A stretch of 64,000 bases of DNA from Diplonema japonicum. Taxonomy: Eukaryota; Protista; Euglenozoa: Diplonemea. Shown here in pieces: positions 56,603 through 64,000 of this stretch (the stretch's first letter is position 1; each line of letters opens with the position of its first letter). The notes beneath the pieces were generated by a model, which saw only the letters and a program-made list of their open reading frames with translations, was not told the DNA's origin and made no database searches. The translations under genes were made by a program, and so were the position numbers. The DNA lies in contig OZ025692.1 of NCBI GenBank assembly GCA_964019335.1, positions 248,001 through 312,000 of the forward strand. The letters run 5' to 3'.

Positions 56603-57000
56603 CTAAGGCTTGCACCCCATAGCGGTGGGGAGCCTGAGTGTCGGGGCTGTCGTGTGGTGAGTCGTCGGCGCTTGGCTCGTCGCGAAAAACCTCGCGGAAG
56701 ACTGCGAGGCTAGGCGTCTGCGCCTTCCGTCGCGATTCCCAGGGAGGTTGACCCTGGATCTCTTTGGGGTTGGGGGCTTACCCTCGGCTCTTGGCCCGAT
56801 CAGCCGGCTGAGAGGTCCAACCAATGTCCGGGCCCAAGGTACATGCTCTCCACCCGGGATAGCCCTCTAACGGCCTGCTCGACGAGTCGGTCGACCCTGG
56901 ATCTCTTTGGGGTTGCCTCACTCCGGCTGGCGTCTAGCGGAGGCGGGGAGGTAGGTGATTCACCCCTCCCTCCACCCGCTTTGGCAGTCTTCGGCGGCAT
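56603..57000 (-). pseudogene. Frameshifted GC-rich ORF fragment (pseudogene or transposon-derived)
   Basis: Two overlapping short ORFs in different frames each encode TPKRSRV from a ~23-bp internal direct repeat (GACCCTGGATCTCTTTGGGGTTG). Confidence 0.35.
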
Positions 57001-57013
57001 TTTACTTTTTGCT

Positions 57014-57160
57014 TGTTGTCCGCACGAGCAAAAAACTAGTTTGGCAAAAACAAAAAAGGGTTTTTAAAAAGCTGCGAAAACTTTTTTGCTCGGCACAAGT
57101 TGCATAAAATCATCTTTTGAAAGATAAATGTTAAACCCGCGGATATTATTTGTAACAAAA
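57014..57160. repeat. Short dispersed repeat with internal hairpin, copy 1 (copy 2 at ~62577-62690)
   Basis: CGCACGAGCAAAAAA…GGTTTTTAAAAAGCTGCGAAA-TTTTTTGCTCGGCACAAGTTGCATA…GAAAGATAAAT…TGTAAC-poly(A) is shared by both sites. Confidence 0.85.
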
Positions 57161-57242
57161 AAAAAAAAGAAACGAATAAGAAGAAAAAGCAACGAACGAA
57201 AGTTCGCATCATACTGTGTTGAAAAAAAGGGGGGGGGGGGAC

Positions 57243-60200
57243 TTAATCCCATTTTTTTTCCTTTTTACTTTCATTCCAAACATATGCACCCAGAAGGCTG
57301 AGGGAGGGAGTCGGCAGCTGTGACGAAGCGACCACAGTGTCGATGTTGTTGTTGCTCTGCTTGAGAGATGCGGTTAGCCAGGTGTTGAGAAGAAGCGAGG
57401 AAAAGCTGAAAAGAAGCAACGCCTTAGTGGTTGATCGCTGGACTTTGCAAAGCGCTAGATAACGGGCTAGGTTTATGTAATACCTGCGTCGAATAGGGAG
57501 TGTGTTCTTGGCTTCCAACCGGCCGACTTTCATCATGGGAAGATACTGAAGCTGTGCAAAGTACGAGGCCAGCAAAATCTTTGTGTTAATGCTGGATAAA
57601 GTGAAGGCTTTGGCGAGGTTTCTGCTACGCGTCCGCCAGGCGACAAGTCGGTCCCACGCCTTGCTTATCGTGATTTTGAGAAACATTGCTTCCAGGCGTA
57701 TTGCACGAGCGTGCTGCCAGGTTCGCAGCCTCCTTTTTTCAAAGTATTTCAACCAGCTTTTGAACCGTTCCGCTCTGTGAGTGGTTCGTTGTTTTTTCAA
57801 CAGTGCACGCCACAGTTGGCTGCGGGCCCGCTTCCTCCTCCTTGCGGCCAGATTCAAAACGAGCCTGGTATAGTAAGGCCGTAGCAGTTTTTGAAGATTC
57901 CTCACTCTGATCTTCTCGACCTTACGACGTGTCCCCACAAACCCATGCCACGCCGATAAGTACAGCCCCATGAACACCACGATGGTCTTCTTGAACAACC
58001 GTTCCTGTGCGTCATGTTGAATATCAAGCTTTCTTAATATGAGTATGCTCTCCTGGGCAGGCGTCAAAAGACTGCATTTTGACATGACAGGGTGGGACCA
58101 TTTCGAGTCACGGTTGGCTTCCAGGTGTTGGATATATCTTGTCAAGGTGTTCGCCCGGCTTTCAGACAGCAAAAAAGAGCTCAGTTCATGGCAGCGGTTG
58201 GGTAAGGATGTTAAGTGGATTGGAGGGATGTACACATGCTTCGTTTCAACGAGGGTTCTGAGCTCTTTCCCGAGTTGTATTTGGTTCAGGCATTCCGACT
58301 TTATACACGCGTCGGCCCACACGATATCTTCCCGCCGTGAAGCGTACGGTGTGGACTTCGGGAGGCTAACCATTTTCTTCAAGGTGTCAATGTATGTGCA
58401 CAATGGGGTTTCGTAGAATCTCGTTGGTATAAAAGGTTTTAGAATGGAGTTCAGGGTTTTGATGTCCGACCAGATTTGGAGGATCGTGTTGTTGTCGGGT
58501 TCCAAGGAGTAAGGGTGGGGGAAAGGTTTGGACAGGAAAAACCTCCACTTCTCGATTTTTTTCAGCAGGGAGATGGTTTCGTGTTGGTGCTGCTCGACCA
58601 GCTCGACGACGCGGCGTTTGGTCTCCGTGGCGGGGCATCCCACCCGGTTCGGTTTCCGTCTCCACAATGTTTTCTTCGATGAAACCACCTTCTTCGGCGG
58701 AACAAAGGCTCTGCTGTACCCTCCGTTTATAAACACAGACGTCAGTACCGCACCCTCGTCATCCTTGCAGAACCCTTCAAAATCCTCCAAAAAAAACTTA
58801 AAGCTCTCGTAGTCGTTCCTGCGATACAGAGTTGTGGCGAACCCGGAGTTTGCCTCGCTTACAATGTTTAAAATCCCGCCGGTGCGGGGGAAATGCGCCG
58901 CGTAAAGATCCCGAGCAACGGCAACCATTTCGGGTCGCAGCCGGCCGGTCGACGGTTGAAAGAGATGAGGCACCACCCTGTGTGTTTTTAAGGCTGTTTT
59001 CGGTGCGAGTTTCGGGGTTGTTTTCAAGTCGAGCCCCAGAATTCTCCACACCCATCCTGGGTCCGAATATACTGCTGTTTGTGTAACGTAACTGATAAAA
59101 TCGTTGACCCCCATGCGAGGGTTTGAGAGTGCCTCGAAGGCATCGTGGGGAAGAAGCTTACCAGTATAGTACAGAACCGAGGCCCATTCAAAGACCCCGA
59201 GGAGACGTCCCTCCGGGTTTGAAAAATGGTTGAAGATCGATTGCAGCCTGGCCGTCCCGAACGGAGAGAACAAATTGCTGTCAAGATTCCGTTTCCAACC
59301 CTCCTCGTTTTTTTCAGCGGCGGTGTACCCGCTTAAAAAATTAGGAGGCTCGTGAATGTAAAGAGTACCCGTATTCAACACATCGATGAAACTCATAACA
59401 TACTCAGGATAAAAATGGTCACGCGACCCTCCCGGGCCCAATGTGACGAGACTTGGTTGCAGCAATGATTCGTTGTTGGCGTTGATCTCCACCGCTTGCC
59501 CATTTCGAATAAGGTATGTTTCGACATAACCGCTCCGGGAAAATACTTTTCTAGGACACATGTCATTGTTGTTTATGTATTGCATGACACGTGGCAGCGC
59601 ATCGTTGTCTGTGGAAGGAGAAAACTGCTCACAGTTCAAAGCAGTTTCCAACCCGAACAACAACACAGATTGTACGGGTGTGTTTAATGTATTTTTCATA
59701 GCATGCGACAACGCGACAGATGCGGAAGAACCATACCCTGTCAGGGTCACGGAAGCGGTTGGAGGGAACGTGAACAGTTCTGTGTTCCGTAGCTCTGAAG
59801 CAGGTGGTGTTCTTTCAACGTCATTATACAATCTTGCGAGGGGTTCCTCCGCCTCGTTGTCGTTGTCGTTGAAGGTTACAATATATATTTGTGTGCCCTG
59901 TTCTTGAAACACATTGTGTTGGGGTTTGCTCCACACTTTTTGATATTGTTTGCCTGTTATTTTGTAGATATCTTGGGTGGTTGATTTTTCGCTGCACAAC
60001 AGGCAGCATATTGTGGCGAGCGTCAGGTCTGGTGAGAATTTGTCGTTTATTTCTTTTAGAAGAACAGGCGGAACGCCTACAAGGTTGTACAGTTCCCTGA
60101 GGATCCCTTCCCGGTTTTTTACAGAGGTTTCGATGTGGGTGGAGGCCAGCTGCAGGCTTTTTATCGTCCTCACCGTTTCGTCCGAGACGGGCTTAGTTTT

Positions 60201-60476
60201 GAACATTTTCCAGTTTCCGAAAACCCATTCCAAAACACATTTCTTCTCAGTGGCGTCGAAGGAGATTGTCCCCAGCGCATCCAGAACGTTCCTCCCCCAT
60301 CGGCCCTCTTCGGTTTTGTTGCGTTTCTTGCCTTCTTTCGGTTTCTTGGAAACGGTGCTTGTAGGTTTTTCTCGGGCTGGTGCTGTTTTAGGTCTGTTGG
60401 TATCTAAGTATGGGAGCGGGCTTGGGTTTTCCAGTTTTCCAAGTACACGGTTGTTGAGGTAGCACGAAGGTGGCAT
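57243..60476 (-). CDS. Large hypothetical protein with basic, Trp/Phe-spaced C-terminal repeats (Sfi1/IQ-like)
   Basis: About 1077-aa ORF from MPPSCY. The C-terminal third is Arg/Lys-rich with periodic aromatic motifs (FKSWLKYF, AWDRLVAW). Confidence 0.75.
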   Translation of the reverse strand: MPPSCYLNNRVLGKLENPSPLPYLDTNRPKTAPAREKPTSTVSKKPKEGKKRNKTEEGRWGRNVLDALGTISFDATEKKCVLEWVFGNWKMFKTKPVSDETVRTIKSLQLASTHIETSVKNREGILRELYNLVGVPPVLLKEINDKFSPDLTLATICCLLCSEKSTTQDIYKITGKQYQKVWSKPQHNVFQEQGTQIYIVTFNDNDNEAEEPLARLYNDVERTPPASELRNTELFTFPPTASVTLTGYGSSASVALSHAMKNTLNTPVQSVLLFGLETALNCEQFSPSTDNDALPRVMQYINNNDMCPRKVFSRSGYVETYLIRNGQAVEINANNESLLQPSLVTLGPGGSRDHFYPEYVMSFIDVLNTGTLYIHEPPNFLSGYTAAEKNEEGWKRNLDSNLFSPFGTARLQSIFNHFSNPEGRLLGVFEWASVLYYTGKLLPHDAFEALSNPRMGVNDFISYVTQTAVYSDPGWVWRILGLDLKTTPKLAPKTALKTHRVVPHLFQPSTGRLRPEMVAVARDLYAAHFPRTGGILNIVSEANSGFATTLYRRNDYESFKFFLEDFEGFCKDDEGAVLTSVFINGGYSRAFVPPKKVVSSKKTLWRRKPNRVGCPATETKRRVVELVEQHQHETISLLKKIEKWRFFLSKPFPHPYSLEPDNNTILQIWSDIKTLNSILKPFIPTRFYETPLCTYIDTLKKMVSLPKSTPYASRREDIVWADACIKSECLNQIQLGKELRTLVETKHVYIPPIHLTSLPNRCHELSSFLLSESRANTLTRYIQHLEANRDSKWSHPVMSKCSLLTPAQESILILRKLDIQHDAQERLFKKTIVVFMGLYLSAWHGFVGTRRKVEKIRVRNLQKLLRPYYTRLVLNLAARRRKRARSQLWRALLKKQRTTHRAERFKSWLKYFEKRRLRTWQHARAIRLEAMFLKITISKAWDRLVAWRTRSRNLAKAFTLSSINTKILLASYFAQLQYLPMMKVGRLEAKNTLPIRRRYYINLARYLALCKVQRSTTKALLLFSFSSLLLNTWLTASLKQSNNNIDTVVASSQLPTPSLSLLGAYVWNESKKEKKWD

Positions 60477-60826
60477 CGTCCCCCCTCCCTCCCCCTTTTT
60501 TTTGTTTTGCTTCGTTTTTGTAAAGTTGGAGAGAAAAAAATGGAAAACGGAAAGGGGGGGGGGGGGGGGGGAGTGTGACACAGCGGCCCTGTGATCCCGT
60601 AGAATGCTAAAGTTGGCAAAATAAAACCTTAGATTTGAAATAGGGAGACGTGCTGGCACTCTTTTTTTTCTTTTCTTCTTTTTTTTTTCTTCCTTTTTTT
60701 GGTTGCTGTTTGCTTCTTTCGTTCGAAAATGGTAGCCCACAAAAGAAATGTTTTTTTTTTAACGCCCCCCCCGTATCTCTAAAAACCGTCCCAATGTCGG
60801 GATTTAGACGGGGCGTGAAAAAAAAA

Positions 60827-61117
60827 GGGGGGATGGGGATGGGGATGGGGATGGGGATGGGGATGGGGATGGGGATGGGGATGGGGATGGGGGGATGGGG
60901 ATGGGGATGGGGATGGGGATGGGGATGGGGGGATGGGGATGGGGATGGGGATGGGGGGATGGGGATGGGGATGGGGATGGGGATGGGGGGATGGGGATGG
61001 GGATGGGGGGATGGGGATGGGGATGGGGATGGGGATGGGGGGATGGGGATGGGGGGATGGGGATGGGGATGGGGATGGGGATGGGGATGGGGGGATGGGG
61101 ATGGGGATGGGGGGATG
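60827..61117. repeat. (GGGGAT)n tandem array with GGGGGGAT variants
   Basis: About 290 bp of hexamer repeats seen directly. Confidence 0.98.
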
Positions 61118-62012
61118 TTCTCTATCTTATTCGGGAAAGTTACTGACGAGATGAGTTCACAGTGCGCGTGTGGTCATCGTAATGATTGTAATGATTCCCC
61201 TGCACGGAAATCTGGATGCTGGGGCCAAACGAGGGGGGGGGATCAGATCTAAAAAACTGTTTTTTTTTTCTTTCTCCTTTTCTTTTTTTTTTTCTTCAGA
61301 ATGACAAAGATACACATAATTCACCCGCATGAATTTTTTCTTTTTCTTCTTTTTTTTAGAGGAAATATCAGAACAGGAGTTAAAGTTTGCATTGACCGAA
61401 TATCCCAAATGTTGGTCTAACCTAACTTTTAAGCCCGCAAGTTTTCAATGTTTTTTTTTTTTTTTTAAATAGAAGTTCTAATTTCAAAACATGTCATACA
61501 GGCAGCCAACACCCTGCCCGTGCTAGGCAAGATCGGGGGGTCTTCTCTCTTTCTCTCTTTTTGTATTTTTTAGATTTCTAGTCACAAAACTACAAGGCAT
61601 TTTTCCCCCCCCCCCTTTTTTTAACCATTCATGCCGTAGTAGGGAGGGAAACTGAAGGAGATAAAAAAAAAATAATATCCATCTCCACCTTTTTTTTTTT
61701 CTTTTTCCTTCTCTCTTTTGAAGATTGCAATAACAAATTACTCCAATCGTTTCTGGTGATGGGAAAAAAAAAAGGGGACGAGGAAAACAAGACGGGGAAG
61801 GAGCGGGGGGCGGGAAGGATTTAATATCTTTTCTTTCTTTCCTCTTTTCATGTTATAGAATGCAACAGTAACGTAATCGCAACTCGAAAAAGAAAAAAAA
61901 CTTTGGCAATAGAATACTTCCGACAGGGTGGGGAAGAAACAGCGAAATTATGGGCAAAAAAAAAAAGAAAAAGAAAAAAAAAAGTTGAAGGCGCTATCAA
62001 TTTCCCCCTTTG

Positions 62013-62047
<35 letters not shown>

Positions 62048-62210
62048 CATTTCTTTTTCTCTTTTTTTTTCTTCTTCTCTGCTTTATGCTTTCGTTTCTG
62101 TTCCCCCCCCCCTCTTTTTTCTTTTTCAAATTATCATTACATAGTTTCTTTTTTTTTGAAGGTCTCTGAAAATAAAAAAAAAAAAAGCACTTGTCGCTGT
62201 TACGTTGAGG

Positions 62211-62249
<39 letters not shown>

Positions 62250-62576
62250 GCGCTGTCTTCTAACCGTCACACCGAACAAGCAAACACGAACGAATTGTTT
62301 CTACTTAAAAAAAAACCTTTTTTTTTAATGGAAGAAGTTCGTTTAGACCAAATGGCTTGTTTCTTCTTGTTCTTCTTCTTTTTTTTTCTTTTTGTTTGTT
62401 TCCCTCCGCAAATTTCTCACTCTTCTTCTTTTTTCCTTCTTTCCTTTCTGAAGCACCTGTATCAAATCGCGATGATCGGCTGAACTGATATTTGAGGAGA
62501 TTTTGCTGATTAAAAACTAATTAACTGCGCTGCCAATGAATGGTCAAAAAAAAAAAATCTTTATGACTATATGTCT

Positions 62577-62684
62577 TTGTTGTTCGCACGAGCAAAAAAG
62601 GTTTTTAAAAAGCTGCGAAAGTTTTTTGCTCGGCACAAGTTGCATATAGTTATAAAATTATTTTCTGAAAGATAAATATTGTAA

Positions 62685-62690
<6 letters not shown>
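62577..62690. repeat. Short dispersed repeat, copy 2
   Basis: Homologous to 57014-57160 with internal deletions. Confidence 0.85.
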
Positions 62691-62721
<31 letters not shown>

Positions 62722-63186
62722 AAACAGCTTAACTTATGCTTTCATTTGTAAAAGAAGAGGAAAAAAAAAAAAGAGAGAGAAAATAAAGGAGAGTAGCGTT
62801 CATTGGCAACATATAAAACGTTACCTTGTAACAGGAAGCAGGGCCACCCCCCTCCCCTCTGTTTCCTTTTTGGCCAATGTGATGTTGCGGGCAACGAAGT
62901 TCATCTGCCTTTGCAACAATGGGGTGGGGGGAGGGGGGGTGGCGAAAGACCCTCTCTGCACACAACAGTGTGGAAGCGAGACTACGAAGGGAGCAAAACA
63001 ACACGAAGCACAGGAAAAAAAAGCTGGGTTTTCTTTCTTTTTTTTTTTTTTTTTTCGCGTGCTGATGGGATATGGAGTGCAAACAGAATATAAAGATATA
63101 AAGGAAGAATTGGAAAAAAAAAAAAAAAAAAAAAGATTTTTTTTTTTCCCATCGTACTACTAGGGAAAAGGGATGTTTTGAAGTGG

Positions 63187-63219
<33 letters not shown>

Positions 63220-63603
63220 AGTGTTCTGTCGCGAGATGGGCGGCAATTCTCTCCTCAAGGTGCCGAAGGGTACACCCCTCAGTGCGCTTGGCGGGGAAGA
63301 CTGACCTTCCACATTGTGTCGAAAATTTCCACAGTTGATGCAACCCAAGATATATGGCATCATAGCCTATGTACGTACCTGGGTACCACAGTAGGCCCTT
63401 AGCCATTTTTTGAGGAACGAAAAAAAAAAAAAAAAAAAAAAAAAAGAAAGAAAAGCGGAGGGGGTAGTAAAAAGGACACCCTCCCCCCTCTTTTTTTCCT
63501 TCTGTGTCGCGCCAACAGGAGGCTGACTGGGAAAGAATTGAGTTGAGAGGCAACTACCAAAGCAGCCAGCGCCACATCGAGAAAAAAAGAATAGAAAGAG
63601 ACA

Positions 63604-63876
63604 TAGACCGAAGTCATTATGAGTCATAGAGTCATAGACCTGGGGTTTGGGTGGTGTAGTTCAGAGGTTAGGGGAAGGACAAATGTCCACCGGGTAAAGC
63701 CTGTGGAAACCTGTGCATATATTTGCAACAGGACCAAACGGAAAAATTTCTGGACGCGAAAAAGACCAAGCCTGTGTTGTTTTGTGCCCCAATTTTCCTT
63801 TAGATGCCCCAATGAGATAATTTTTTTTTTTTTTTTTTGGCAATCGGCCTATGACTCACATAATGACATCGGTCTA
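63604..63876. mobile_element. MITE-like element with ~27-bp terminal inverted repeats and TA flanks
   Basis: ATAGACCGAAGTCATTATGAGTCATAG (63603-63629) versus CTATGACTCACATAATGACATCGGTCTAT (63849-63877). No credible coding capacity inside. Confidence 0.6.
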
Positions 63877-64000
63877 TCAGAACAAGAAAAAAAAGAGAAA
63901 AAAAAAAAGCGTTAATTTTATTTCCTCACAAAATCCAATAACAAGAGTAACGGTAGTACAAAGGTGGTGAAGAAAAAAAAAAAAAAAAAAAAAAAAAGAA

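Noticed and set aside
61133-61200. Second hammerhead-like string CTGACGA-GATGA…TCATC-GTAA
   Set aside because: GTAA replaces the essential GAAA, and stem III cannot form.
60650-61252. MG/WG/DG dipeptide-repeat ORFs
   Set aside because: Artefact of the (GGGGAT)n array; no evidence of coding.
7859-63915. Many poly-Lys / poly-Phe short ORFs
   Set aside because: Translations of A/T homopolymer spacers and introns. The poly-K stretches inside real ORFs are in-frame introns or 5' UTRs.
1-64000. Non-standard genetic code, non-canonical introns, CRISPR array, SL RNA gene, U1/U2/U5/U6
   Set aside because: Conserved genes translate fully with the standard code and GT-AG introns (TAA, TAG and TGA all used as stops). 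No repeat-spacer array or diagnostic motifs for these RNAs were seen.

Overview
Eukaryotic protist nuclear DNA. About 25 protein genes lie head-to-tail on the minus strand, separated by spacers rich in A/T/G/C homopolymers, and many contain short GT-AG introns (mostly 32-72 nt) that are A-rich rather than pyrimidine-rich. One-strand gene arrays, frequent cis-introns, a GP63 protease and a bacterial-type CAZyme together point to a euglenozoan, most likely a diplonemid (inference, not proven). Recognisable genes: GH78 alpha-L-rhamnosidase (runs off the left edge), F-box/LRR protein, bestrophin, mitochondrial carrier, GP63/leishmanolysin, Cho2-type PE methyltransferase, CCAR1/DBC1-like protein, Cbf5/dyskerin, an ADF-H protein, a PH-PDZ protein, two FCP1/SCP-type phosphatases, a PPR-like protein, an FkbM methyltransferase and two near-identical major vault protein genes. 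RNA genes not visible in the ORF track: a U4 snRNA (48185-48326) and a tRNA-Lys(CUU) with an atypical C33 nested in an intron of the FkbM gene. The most interesting unexplained signals are GC-rich, strongly base-paired islands between 9.5 and 17.8 kb, including a ~330-nt multibranched RNA with some RNase P-like motifs and a hammerhead-ribozyme-like motif flanking one small ORF. Others are poly(A)-tract introns, an apparently circularly permuted ADF-H domain, an insertion in the MVP shoulder domain, paralogue-specific introns, a piggyBac remnant, MITE-like inverted repeats and a (GGGGAT)n G-quadruplex-type array. All exon structures and RNA folds were derived by eye.
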